Shown: positions 6,963 through 15,801 of the stretch, one piece after another
Layout of the letters: every line of letters starts with the position of its first letter
Position numbering within the stretch: the stretch's first letter is position 1
Assembly (NCBI GenBank): GCA_004284765.1
Contig: NQJD01000033.1
Coordinates: 1 to 27,489 of the forward strand
Origin: Candidatus Electronema aureum
Lineage (GTDB): Bacteria > Desulfobacterota > Desulfobulbia > Desulfobulbales > Desulfobulbaceae
DNA: 27,489 bases
Direction of reading: 5' to 3'
Program-made: the position numbers and the translations under genes
Notes under the pieces: model-generated
Told to the model about the DNA's origin: nothing
What the model saw: the letters and a program-made list of their open reading frames with translations, nothing else
Databases searched by the model: none

Positions 6963-7526
6963 ATGAAACATCTGCCGAATCTAATCACCGCCGCTCGCCT
7001 TATCCTCACTGCTCTGCTGGCCGTGCTGCTCATGCTTGAGCAGACAAAAGTTCTGGCGGTGTTCTGCTGCTTGCTCTTCACAATCGCTGCTGTCACTGAT
7101 CTGCTCGACGGCTACGTGGCCCGTCGTTACGGCGCGGTCAGCAATTTAGGTAAACTGATCGACCCGTTAGCGGACAAGCTCCTCGTTGCTACTGCACTCA
7201 TCATGCTCATTCCTCTGAATCGGCTGCCCGCTTGGATCGCTCTGCTGATTCTCTCTCGTGAGCTGCTGGTGACAGGGTTGCGGGGCATTGCTTCATCTGC
7301 TGGTATCGTTGTCGCCGCCAGCGGCTTGGGTAAGCTCAAATCCATCACCCAGTATGTCGGCCTCGGTGTCCTGATTTTCCCGCTCGGTGTACTACCGATT
7401 CCTTTTCTCCATCAAATCGGCATGGTTCTTGTTTATATCGCCTTGGTGCTGACGTTATGGTCAGGCGTTGATTATTTCTACCGGTTACGCCTTGTTTTTC
7501 TTCCTGAAGAAGGCGGGCAATCATGA
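6963..7526 (+). CDS. pgsA: CDP-diacylglycerol--glycerol-3-phosphate 3-phosphatidyltransferase
   Basis: CDP-alcohol phosphatidyltransferase motif DLLDGYVARRYGAVSNLGKLIDPLADK, multiple TM helices, 187 aa. Confidence 0.85.
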   Translation: MKHLPNLITAARLILTALLAVLLMLEQTKVLAVFCCLLFTIAAVTDLLDGYVARRYGAVSNLGKLIDPLADKLLVATALIMLIPLNRLPAWIALLILSRELLVTGLRGIASSAGIVVAASGLGKLKSITQYVGLGVLIFPLGVLPIPFLHQIGMVLVYIALVLTLWSGVDYFYRLRLVFLPEEGGQS

Positions 7527-8452
7527 AAATCATCTCACCATATTACGAAATTCTTGATCATCTTGACCAGCAAAGCCTCGCCGTCCGCATCGAATACTGC
7601 GGGCGCATTTGTTACAAGAGCGAGGACAGAATCAGCCAAGAATCAGCCTTGCCTTTTGTTGCCAAGATGGCAGAACACGGCCACAACTCGGTGTTAGAAA
7701 TGGGCGTGGTGACGCTGGAGGTCTGCGCGGATGAAAACGCGGCGGCAGAGCTTTTTCTCTGCCAGCCAAAATATTTGCACATCAGCCGGGAAGGAAATCG
7801 CCTGCTCATCACTGGCAGCATCCGAGCTTTTCGGGAAATGTTGATGTTTCACCCGGCTTGCACCATTGTTCGGGCGGTTTGCGCTTGTCTAAATGAACGC
7901 CATCCGTATTTTTTCAGCACTATTTTGCCAGAAGGCGGGCTTGCCGCTGTTCCGTCAATCACGGTCCGCAAAGTACCGCTGGAGGACATCGATCAGCTAC
8001 CTGCGGACAAGCTGGTCAAACATCGGCATATTGCGGTCAAGTTCATCGTCAACCGGGCCGTGACGCATGAACTTGTCCGTCACAGGGCCGCATCATTTCT
8101 CCAAGAATCACAACGTTATTGCCGCTACAGCGATGACAAGTTCGGCAGCGAAGTGACCTTTATCAAGCCGATGTTCTGGGAAGAAGGCAGCGAAGAATAC
8201 ACCGTCTGGCAGGAGACTATGGAGGAGACGGAGCGGCGTTATCTGCGCCTGCTGGAGACCTCCACGGCTCAGGCCGCCCGCACCGTGCTACCCAACTCTT
8301 GTAAGACGGAAATCATTGTCTATGCCAATTTAGAGCAGTGGCGACACATCTTCAAGCTGCGCTGTTCCAAAGCAGCGGAGCCGTCCATGCGCGAGGTGAT
8401 GATTCCGCTAAGTGAAGAATTTAACGGAATGTTTCCAATATTGCTTAGATGA
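7523..8452 (+). CDS. thyX: FAD-dependent thymidylate synthase
   Basis: ThyX motif ELVRHRAASFLQESQRYCRY (RHRxxSxxxxSxRY) and an N-terminal CYKSE..GHNSVLEM region. 4-bp ATGA overlap with pgsA. Confidence 0.85.
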   Translation: MKIISPYYEILDHLDQQSLAVRIEYCGRICYKSEDRISQESALPFVAKMAEHGHNSVLEMGVVTLEVCADENAAAELFLCQPKYLHISREGNRLLITGSIRAFREMLMFHPACTIVRAVCACLNERHPYFFSTILPEGGLAAVPSITVRKVPLEDIDQLPADKLVKHRHIAVKFIVNRAVTHELVRHRAASFLQESQRYCRYSDDKFGSEVTFIKPMFWEEGSEEYTVWQETMEETERRYLRLLETSTAQAARTVLPNSCKTEIIVYANLEQWRHIFKLRCSKAAEPSMREVMIPLSEEFNGMFPILLR

Positions 8453-8490
8453 TACGGCTGAAAGACTGCTATTCATAAAATGAATTATAA

Positions 8491-9075
8491 ATGGATAATA
8501 TATTTACGCTTACAGAACATGCATTTGGTTTACTCGTCAGGTTATATGGAGAAAAGAAGAAAGATGGAAGTATATTGTTGTCATGCGAAGATGAAAAAAG
8601 AAATAGAAAAATTGTTTCTGAGGATCAAGCGTTTGAAAGAATCAACGCCGCAGTCCGTATGAATCTTGAACAACTTGAACGGAATATTGATCAAGCAAGA
8701 AAAGAATCAAATCAATTTTTTAAACTTACGCTGGTATTTTCCAGTCTTGGTTTTTTCGTTGTTCTTACTGCGGTCGCGCTGCTGCTTGGCGGACAGGTGG
8801 TTGCTGGAGTCGTTTCTGCTGTTGCAAGTACAATACCTGAAGTCACCGCCGCTTTGTTTTTCAAGAAAGACAGAGAGCTGAGAGACTCTATTGAGAGATA
8901 TCATCAACACGTTATGGAGTCGCAACGCATTTTGACCATGATTGACGTGGCGGAAACTGTTCAGAATCACGAAGAAAGAGATTCGATCAAACGGCAGATT
9001 ATTTGCAAAGCTCTCGGTATTGATTCAACTGCAATTAACATCCAAAGCGAGTCTGCTTTTCCCATTGTAAATTGA
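8491..9075 (+). CDS. Hypothetical 2-TM membrane protein in an AT-rich segment
   Basis: Two adjacent TM helices (LTLVFSSLGFFVVLTAVALLL / VVAGVVSAVASTIPEVTAALFF) are flanked by charged helical regions. The architecture resembles the 2-TM module called TRADD-N-associated membrane domain, from memory only. A sampled line (8521) is about 35% GC. Confidence 0.45.
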   Translation: MDNIFTLTEHAFGLLVRLYGEKKKDGSILLSCEDEKRNRKIVSEDQAFERINAAVRMNLEQLERNIDQARKESNQFFKLTLVFSSLGFFVVLTAVALLLGGQVVAGVVSAVASTIPEVTAALFFKKDRELRDSIERYHQHVMESQRILTMIDVAETVQNHEERDSIKRQIICKALGIDSTAINIQSESAFPIVN

Positions 9076-9097
9076 ATAATTTATTCAGGTTAAGAAA

Positions 9098-10297
9098 ATG
9101 ATCAGACATCCTGCTGTAAATAGGATCATCGTGCTGGTCATGACAGTGCTGATTTCAGCATTGTTTTTGACCATGATTCAGCAGTTTCTCATGACGATCT
9201 TCATGGCCGCGCTTTTTTCCGCCATGACCCACCCGATACATCGATGGCTGACTCCGCGCCTGAACAACCGAGAAAACCTTGCCTCTATCCTGATTATCGC
9301 CGCGATTTTCTGCCTGATCTTAGTGCCGCTGGGTATTTTGATCGGCGTGGTGGTAAGTCAGGCGATGGATGTGGGCCAGTCTGTCACGCCTTGGGTGGAG
9401 TCCTTTGTCAAAGAACCCGGTCTTTTGAGCAAATACTTGGAGAAAATCCCTCATTATCAGAAAATACTTCCTTATCGGGATATGATTTTCGGCAAAGGCG
9501 GGGAAGTTGTCAGTAATATTTCAACGTTATTGATCAACTCGCTTTCATCTATTGCCAAGATGACACTGAACGCTTTGGTCAATGTAGTGATCATGCTGTA
9601 TGTGATGTTCTACTTCCTGACGACAGGTGACTTGCTGCTTAATAAAATCCTTTACTATCTGCCCATGTCCCATGAGGACGAGGAACTGCTGCTGCGCCGC
9701 TTCACCTCGGTGGCTGGAGCAACAATGAAATCTACCCTGATTATCGGTATTTTCCAAGGCGGATTGTGCGGTTTGGCTTTTGCCTTTGCTGGCCTACCGT
9801 GGGCGGCTTTCTGGGGAACGGTGATGGCGGTGCTGTCAATTGTCCCGGTGGTTGGAACTGCTGGTGTTTGGGTTCCAGCTTTGATTATCTTGGCGGTGAA
9901 GGGCGATTTTTCCGGGGTACTCATTCTGGCAGTGATCTGCGGCGCGGTGGCAGGTAACTTGGACAACCTGCTTCGGCCTCGATTAGTGGGACAAGACACG
10001 GAGATGCACGATCTTTTTGTCCTTTTCGGTACGTTGGGCGGCATCGCTTTGTTCGGCATCATCGGCATCATCGTCGGCCCGATCATCGCCGCTTTGTTCA
10101 TTACTCTTTGGGAAATGTACGGAGTTGCTTTTAAAGACTATCTGCCCGCAGTAAGTGAGTTAAGGAGAGATGTACCACCAGACGAGGGGCATCCGCCAGA
10201 GGCAGATACCCCTCCTGCGCTCAGTTCTTCTTCTCAGGCAGAAGAAGAACCTCTGCCGCCTTGTCCGGCTGGAGATATTGAGCAGCTAAAGCATTGA
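9098..10297 (+). CDS. AI-2E family transporter (PerM/UPF0118)
   Basis: Multi-TM protein with the C-terminal signature NLLRPRLVGQDTEMHDLFVLFGTLGGIALFGIIGIIVGPIIAALF. The low-complexity 45-aa tail overlaps the convergent peptidase gene by 77 nt. Confidence 0.8.
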   Translation: MIRHPAVNRIIVLVMTVLISALFLTMIQQFLMTIFMAALFSAMTHPIHRWLTPRLNNRENLASILIIAAIFCLILVPLGILIGVVVSQAMDVGQSVTPWVESFVKEPGLLSKYLEKIPHYQKILPYRDMIFGKGGEVVSNISTLLINSLSSIAKMTLNALVNVVIMLYVMFYFLTTGDLLLNKILYYLPMSHEDEELLLRRFTSVAGATMKSTLIIGIFQGGLCGLAFAFAGLPWAAFWGTVMAVLSIVPVVGTAGVWVPALIILAVKGDFSGVLILAVICGAVAGNLDNLLRPRLVGQDTEMHDLFVLFGTLGGIALFGIIGIIVGPIIAALFITLWEMYGVAFKDYLPAVSELRRDVPPDEGHPPEADTPPALSSSSQAEEEPLPPCPAGDIEQLKH

Positions 10298-13076
10298 TCT
10301 CTTCAGTCTTAATGGCAGCAAAATCCGATAAGATGGTGGCCGACCATTCTATCCGTTGCGGATGCCGTCCTGAATCAATCAGCACAGATTCTAACCAATA
10401 GCGGTTCGTCCGCACCATGTCCTTGATCGAGGTTAGCGTTGGCTCTAAAGCGCGCGTCAGTTCCTCTTGTGTAACCTTACCCGCTGCCAATTGTGTCCCT
10501 GCTTTTTTGAGCTTCGCAGCCAAAGCAACCGCTTGATTTGGCTCGGCCAACACCACGCTGCGCAACACACCATAACCGGGGTCAACCGTGCTGGATTGGT
10601 TATACACATAAGGTGAATAGGCTGCGCCAAGGTCTTCGCGAATCTGTTTGCGCAGACGGTCATCCAACACAGAAGCCAGCACACTGAGCCGTCGGGTGCG
10701 AGTGATGTCCCAGAAATCATCAGTGGGCCACGCTACGGCCACCAACGCCTTGTCGCTGTCTGTTGTCTCAACCTTCAAACTGAGCTTCTGACCAGAAGGA
10801 AAAGCGATCTTCGCTCCTTCGCCCTGCTGACTACCCTTGCGTGGGCTGCCGAAATACGTTCCAGCTAATTTCAACACCTGCTCTTGATCGAAATCACCGA
10901 CCACGGAAATTTCTATCGGTTCATCTCGCAGCACCGGAGACAGCCAATTCTCCACCTCAGCTAAGGTCAGCTTTTTCAGCTCCTCCAACGGTGGAAGACC
11001 GTAGCGCGAATTACCGCCTGCAAGAAACTGCTCTCCCTTGAGCGACATCACCCCTTCCACAGAACTCTGCATCTGCGCGTAGAGCTGTTCTGTTTTCTGG
11101 ATAACCCGTGCAAAGGCATCAGCACGAAAAGCCGGATCATACAGATGTGCGTGCAGTAGTTGAAAGAGCAACTCGGTTTCGCTGCGCAGTCCTTGGCCTT
11201 TAAACTGAAAACTGTCTTCATCCACCGTAAAATGAACTGAGCTGGAATACTTGGCTAACGCAGCTTTGAGCTGTTCCTGATCCAAACCGCCGACCCCGCT
11301 TTCCGGGAGCAACATCTGGGCGAGCAACGAAAGACCAGGCTTTGTTTCCGCCAGCTGCCCTTTGCCGAAGACCGCAGCCAGCTGGAGTTCATTGGGTTCA
11401 AAATCGGTCTTTTTCAGATTCAGCACTAAGCCGTTGGTGAAAAGATAGCGGTCAGCTTTAATCTTGTCGTAAGCGATATGCTGCTCAATTTTTGCTTCGG
11501 AGACAGGTTCTGGCAGATACGGGAAGACGGTCTCTGCTTGCTGCACCCAAGGCTTGAGTTCTGCTGCCTCAGCTGATTTGAAAGCTGACAGCAGCAATTC
11601 CTCCGGTTTTTGCTTCTTATCCTTCAGATCAACCGTGCCTGCAACTTTGATCAGTCGCCGCTCGTGCCACAGGCTACGAAACGTCTGATTTACCTCAGCT
11701 AAGGTGAGCTTTTCCAAAGCCGGGCCATACAATTCCATTTCCTGCTCTGGCGAAAGCACCACTTCATTATCATTGAGATCGCCGATGATTTTAAAAGCCA
11801 GTTCATCGCTCTTCCGACTGGCGGCGGATTGTACCTGTTTTTTCAGAGAAGCCATGATGTCATCTTTTGCCCGCTTCAACTCAGCTTCAGCAAAGCCATC
11901 AGCTAATGCTTGCCGTAAGGTGATATCGAGCAGATTCAGCGTATCTTGCCATTTCTCAGCAGTAGTCTTGGCCTTAAAGTTAGTAAGGCCGAGCTGCTTA
12001 TTCATCTTATACGAATAAAAGCTGGCACGTGTCATCGGACTGTTCTCAAGATTGGTCAAATGCTGGAGCCGGTAGGTCATTATGGTTGATGCCGTGTATT
12101 CCTTGAGTTGACTCAGGGCTTCAGTCCGCTGCGTCATGGAAGCATCCGGCGCAATATTCCAAACGGAGGCGAGGGAAACCTCTGTGTGGCCGAGATCAGA
12201 CTCGTGCTGATAAAAGGCTTCCGTGCCGCTCTCTGCAACCTTACCTAAGTCAGGACAGATGGCCTTGTCTTTTCTGCTTTTCAGTGGGCCAAAATGCTGT
12301 TTGATCAGCTCTTCAATCAGCTTAACCTCAGCATCGCCAACCGCAACCACGATCATGTTGTCAGGGCGATACCACTGCTCGTAATACTGACGGAGCAAGG
12401 CCGTATCTGCCTTCTTCAGTACCTCATCTGTGCCGATCACATCCCGTTGGGCAACTAATGTTCCAGCAAAGGCTTGCTCCATATCTGCTTTGTACACTCG
12501 CCGGGAGGCAGAATCACGTTCCCGTTTCTCGGCCAAAATAATACCTCGCTCACGCTCCACCTCCTTTGGCTCCAGCAGCGCACCGACTGCATAATCAGCC
12601 AGCACCTGTAAGCCCTCGCTGATAGTCTTCTTTTCGCCATTGGGCAAGAGCAGTTTATAGACAGTTTCGTCATAGCTGGTGTGAGCGTTAGTATCCGGGC
12701 CAAAGGCCATGCCGATGGATTGAAAATACTCCACTAACTTACCTGTCGGATAATGCGTAGTGCCATTGAAAAGCATGTGTTCCAAATAATGCGCCACGCC
12801 GCGCTGTTCCTCGGTTTCATTCAGTGAACCGGACTGAATGTTGAGATACAGACCCACTCGATTCTTTGGCTCATGATTCGGCATAATCACATAGCGCAGT
12901 CCGTTTTCCAGCGTACCAAAGGTCAAGGCTGGGTCTGGCTTGAGATCGCTCTGCTCATGTGGCCAGCCCGTAGAAAGGCAACGTTCCGCTGAAGGAGCGG
13001 TTTCCTTGGCCGAGATATCCAGCGCAAGTAGGGAGCAGAGCAGCGGAAGAACAATTGAGGTTCGCCGTAGGTTCAT
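10221..13076 (-). CDS. Secreted M16 (pitrilysin/insulinase) family zinc peptidase, double-length
   Basis: HxxEH zinc motif in GVAHYLEHMLFNGT. About 950 aa, consistent with two fused M16 units. The start is placed at ATG 13076 (MNLRRTSIVLPLLCSLLALDISA signal peptide). The ORF-track start at 13211 overlaps the upstream gene. Confidence 0.85.
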   Translation of the reverse strand: MNLRRTSIVLPLLCSLLALDISAKETAPSAERCLSTGWPHEQSDLKPDPALTFGTLENGLRYVIMPNHEPKNRVGLYLNIQSGSLNETEEQRGVAHYLEHMLFNGTTHYPTGKLVEYFQSIGMAFGPDTNAHTSYDETVYKLLLPNGEKKTISEGLQVLADYAVGALLEPKEVERERGIILAEKRERDSASRRVYKADMEQAFAGTLVAQRDVIGTDEVLKKADTALLRQYYEQWYRPDNMIVVAVGDAEVKLIEELIKQHFGPLKSRKDKAICPDLGKVAESGTEAFYQHESDLGHTEVSLASVWNIAPDASMTQRTEALSQLKEYTASTIMTYRLQHLTNLENSPMTRASFYSYKMNKQLGLTNFKAKTTAEKWQDTLNLLDITLRQALADGFAEAELKRAKDDIMASLKKQVQSAASRKSDELAFKIIGDLNDNEVVLSPEQEMELYGPALEKLTLAEVNQTFRSLWHERRLIKVAGTVDLKDKKQKPEELLLSAFKSAEAAELKPWVQQAETVFPYLPEPVSEAKIEQHIAYDKIKADRYLFTNGLVLNLKKTDFEPNELQLAAVFGKGQLAETKPGLSLLAQMLLPESGVGGLDQEQLKAALAKYSSSVHFTVDEDSFQFKGQGLRSETELLFQLLHAHLYDPAFRADAFARVIQKTEQLYAQMQSSVEGVMSLKGEQFLAGGNSRYGLPPLEELKKLTLAEVENWLSPVLRDEPIEISVVGDFDQEQVLKLAGTYFGSPRKGSQQGEGAKIAFPSGQKLSLKVETTDSDKALVAVAWPTDDFWDITRTRRLSVLASVLDDRLRKQIREDLGAAYSPYVYNQSSTVDPGYGVLRSVVLAEPNQAVALAAKLKKAGTQLAAGKVTQEELTRALEPTLTSIKDMVRTNRYWLESVLIDSGRHPQRIEWSATILSDFAAIKTEEINALAAQYLQPDKAAEVLLLPEKKN

Positions 13077-13164
13077 AGTCTCATTTGGGAAGAAGGAAAT
13101 GAAGGCAAGATTGCCACTTTTTCGGATGCACGTCCAGCAGAGAAATGATTCTATCAGCATTTTT

Positions 13165-13935
13165 TTATAGTTCAAACATCCTTGTTGGCTGCTCCTGTAA
13201 GGCGATATCAAAACGGAATACTGGATTAAGCTGCCCGATCTCTTCCTCTATCCGTGCAGTAACTAACTCTGGTAGGTTGTTGGTACTACTGAGATGAGCA
13301 AGCACCACCTGCCGCAGCGACGATTCTGCCAACTCTGCCAGAAAACGAGCCGCATCGTCATTAGCGAGATGCCCTTGATTTGACCGCACCCGCTGCTTAA
13401 TCGGCAGAGGATACGGGCCGTCAGCGAGCATCTGCGGGTCATAATTAGCCTCCAAGATGAGAGCCTGACAGCGGCGTGCTCGCTGACGAATCAGCGTGGT
13501 GATTTTGCCGGTGTCAGTGCAGCAGCAAAGCGAATTCTTGCCGTCAGAAATCGTAAAGCCCACTGGATCAGCGGTGTCATGAGAGATGCGGAAGGGATGA
13601 ATTTCTAAATCATTGAGGGCAAAGGTGGTACCAGTCTCAAACTCGACTCGCTGATGCAGCTTTTGCAGCTTGGTCTCGGCGGCGCGGTGGGTGCCGATAT
13701 TGGCATAGACAGGCAGATTCAGCTGCCGCGACAGCACTCCGGCTCCGCTGATGTGATCACCGTGTTCGTGAGTGATGAGAATGGCAGTCAGCTGTTCAGG
13801 CGAGCGATTGATCAGCTCCAGTCTGCGGCGAATTTCTTTGCCGGAGAAACCTGCATCAAGCAACACGGCAGTAGAACCAGATTCGATTAAGATGGAATTG
13901 CCTCTGGAGCCGGAGCCGAGGATGCAGAAATTCAT
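13165..13935 (-). CDS. MBL-fold metallo-hydrolase
   Basis: ILGSGSRGNS..LLDAG..ILITHEHGDHISG (HxHxDH motif). 256 aa, YycJ-like layout. Confidence 0.8.
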   Translation of the reverse strand: MNFCILGSGSRGNSILIESGSTAVLLDAGFSGKEIRRRLELINRSPEQLTAILITHEHGDHISGAGVLSRQLNLPVYANIGTHRAAETKLQKLHQRVEFETGTTFALNDLEIHPFRISHDTADPVGFTISDGKNSLCCCTDTGKITTLIRQRARRCQALILEANYDPQMLADGPYPLPIKQRVRSNQGHLANDDAARFLAELAESSLRQVVLAHLSSTNNLPELVTARIEEEIGQLNPVFRFDIALQEQPTRMFEL

Positions 13936-13977
13936 AAGTGCGGAGAATGTGATGTTTGATGCGTTGCAAGCCTGTTG

Positions 13978-14118
13978 TATAGCCAGAGCAACATAATTTG
14001 AACCGTCGTATCTGTCATTTCGAGCGGAGCGAGAAATCTCATGCCAAGGACGAAGAGGAGATTCCTCGCTCCGCTCGGAATGACATTCAAGTTCACTTTA
14101 TGCTGCTTCAGCTATAAC
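13978..14118 (+). mobile_element. 141-bp MITE/REP-like palindromic element, copy A
   Basis: 139/141 identical to 26999-27139 in the same orientation. It holds an internal 27-bp stem (gtcatttcgagcggagcgagaaatctc / gagattcctcgctccgctcggaatgac, with one wobble and one mismatch). Imperfect terminal inverted repeats are TAGCCAGAGCAAC / GCTGCTTCAGCTA. Both copies are bracketed by TA. Confidence 0.7.
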
Positions 14119-14184
14119 TGAATAAATTCAGCTGTTCGGCAGCATAAAACGCAGGGCGGTACTTGTCAAGAGAATGCGCGAGCA

Positions 14185-14322
14185 AATCCTAAGCTAATGG
14201 GAATGTACATCCTAAGTGCTTGAGAGTCTCAATCCCAAGCTAATGGGATTTGCAATCCTAAAGGTTTGGGATTTACATTCCTAAGCTAATGGGATTTGAA
14301 ATCCTAAGCGTTTGGGATTTTG
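14185..14322. repeat. Tandem array of six 23-bp dyad-symmetric units (three 46-bp super-units)
   Basis: Units start at 14185, 14208, 14231, 14254, 14277 and 14300. The consensus is AATCCTAAGCTAATGGGATTTnn, and the best unit is aatccca-agctaa-tgggatt (7-N6-7). Odd units carry AAGCTAAT in the centre and even units carry AAGnGyTT. The array starts 27 bp beyond the stop of the TPR gene. Confidence 0.85.
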
Positions 14323-14348
14323 GCGGGCAAGGAGGGAGGGGTTGCGGC

Positions 14349-15638
14349 TTAATGGGAGGAGCTGCGCTGCTGGGCCAGCACATCTAACCGCTGCTGCACC
14401 TTCTTGGCACAGGGATGGCATATAGCCTGCATGGTCTGATATAGATTTAAACTCTTCTTCCACATTTCCTCCGCCTTGTCCAGCTCGCCGCGTGTCTGAT
14501 ACACATTGCCCAGATTGCCATAGATGGCAGCCGTTGCTTCCTTCAGCCCCAATGCCTCACTGATCTCAAGGCTCTTCCTGTACATCCCCTCCGCCTTGTC
14601 CAGCTCGCCGCGTGTCTTATACACAACGCCCAGATTGCCGTACTGGTTCGCCGTTGTTTCCTTCAGTCCTAACGCCTCGCTGATCTCAAGACTCTTCTTG
14701 TACATCTCCTCCGCCTTGTCCAGCTCGCCGCGTGTCTGATACACATTGCCCAGATTGCCGTACTGGTTCGCCGTTGTTTCCTTCAGTCCTAACGCTTCGC
14801 TGATCTCTAGGCTCTTTTTGTACATCTGCTCCGCTTGCGCTAAGTCACCACGTGTATATGCCACATTGCCCAGATTGCCGTAGGCCCATGCCTGCTTCTC
14901 TTTATCCTGATGCGCTTCGCCCAGGGCTAGCACCTTGCGGTAGGCTTCTTCCGCCTGCGATAGCTCTCCTGTGCGGCGAAACAGATGACCAAGCTCGTTC
15001 CAGCCGTCCGCATTGTCTGGGTCAAGCTGCACCGCCTTCTGGTAGGCAGCCAAGGCCGCTTTGGTGTTGTTCATATAGGCCAATGCGCCCAAGTGCATAG
15101 CTGCTGCTGCTGCCTCTTTGTTTGCCTTCTGTCCTTCCGCCTCCTTACTGCGCAGCACTTCAGCAAAGATGGCCTGCGCCTGCGCGGTGTGGCCCTGCTG
15201 CAAGGCTTGCAAGGCTTCGTTGATGCTTTTGACGGGCGCGCCAGTCTTGGACAAAGCTGTGATTGCTTCAGTGAGGGCTTTGATTTGCTCATCCTTTGCC
15301 TGTAGTTGCCCTTGCAGTGGCCCAACCAGCTTCTCAGCCAGCTTGCCTGCATTAACCTGTGTCACCTTCTCCTTTTCCATGTAGCTGTTCCAAGCAGATA
15401 AACCAATGCCTGAGAACTGGAGCAGAAAGCCCGCCAGCACCAAAACTAACCCTAACCAAAAGCCGTAGCGGAGAATCAGCTTGAGTATCTCGCTGCCGTC
15501 TTTCTTGCTTACTTGCGGTAGCAGCCCAGACTTCACAATCTCTTTGTGCATCCCAAAGACCAGCATCAGCACAAAGCCAATTAATGCCAGCGGGTGGGTG
15601 AGATACTGGGCAACCTTCTCAAAGCCGGTGATATCCAT
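14349..15638 (-). CDS. Membrane-anchored TPR-repeat protein
   Basis: N-terminal TM helices and a coiled coil are followed by at least 6 TPR units, including near-identical 40-aa repeats (EEMYKKSLEISEALGLKETTANQYGNLGNVYQTRGELDKA). The second ATG (15638) has better spacing from AGGAGG than the ATG at 15644. Confidence 0.8.
   Translation of the reverse strand: MDITGFEKVAQYLTHPLALIGFVLMLVFGMHKEIVKSGLLPQVSKKDGSEILKLILRYGFWLGLVLVLAGFLLQFSGIGLSAWNSYMEKEKVTQVNAGKLAEKLVGPLQGQLQAKDEQIKALTEAITALSKTGAPVKSINEALQALQQGHTAQAQAIFAEVLRSKEAEGQKANKEAAAAAMHLGALAYMNNTKAALAAYQKAVQLDPDNADGWNELGHLFRRTGELSQAEEAYRKVLALGEAHQDKEKQAWAYGNLGNVAYTRGDLAQAEQMYKKSLEISEALGLKETTANQYGNLGNVYQTRGELDKAEEMYKKSLEISEALGLKETTANQYGNLGVVYKTRGELDKAEGMYRKSLEISEALGLKEATAAIYGNLGNVYQTRGELDKAEEMWKKSLNLYQTMQAICHPCAKKVQQRLDVLAQQRSSSH
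14461..14883. repeat. Intragenic 120-bp tandem repeats (about 3.5 copies) encoding TPR pairs
   Basis: The units 14461-14580, 14581-14700 and 14701-14820 align column for column. Units b and c differ at 8/120 positions. A partial fourth copy runs to about 14883. Confidence 0.85.
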
Positions 15639-15801
15639 TTCCATTCCTCCTTTTCCGTAAAACAGCTTCCCGCTTTCTTACCATGAAGCCCAACGGAAGT
15701 AAACCGCCCAGAACCAGCTTTTATTTTTTGACAATCCCGTTTGCCAGTGCTAAACCCCATGCAGAAGGATTGATTATGAACCCAGCGCACCTATCTCAAA
15801 C

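Noticed and set aside
8480-8970. Alternative small ORFs in the AT-rich segment (8480-8662, 8666-8881, 8707-8970)
   Set aside because: They overlap the longer 8491-9075 frame, which has coherent TM and helical architecture. The alternatives are Lys/Phe/Leu-rich products of AT-rich sequence.
10221-10297. 77-nt convergent overlap of the permease and peptidase genes as a possible antisense regulatory device
   Set aside because: The overlap is explained by a low-complexity, probably non-essential C-terminal tail of the permease reading through stop-free antisense sequence. No structure or motif supports regulation.
14185-14322. CRISPR array interpretation of the 23-bp repeat arrays (also 23148-23285)
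   Set aside because: The units abut each other with only 3 nt between dyads. There are no unique spacers of 25-40 bp, the repeats are shorter than CRISPR repeats, and no cas genes are present.
14281-14463. 60-aa minus-strand ORF across the 23-bp array, and short ORFs inside the TPR repeats (14524-14739, 14852-15100)
   Set aside because: They are translations of repeat DNA or of the antisense of the TPR gene. They have no start context and no motifs.
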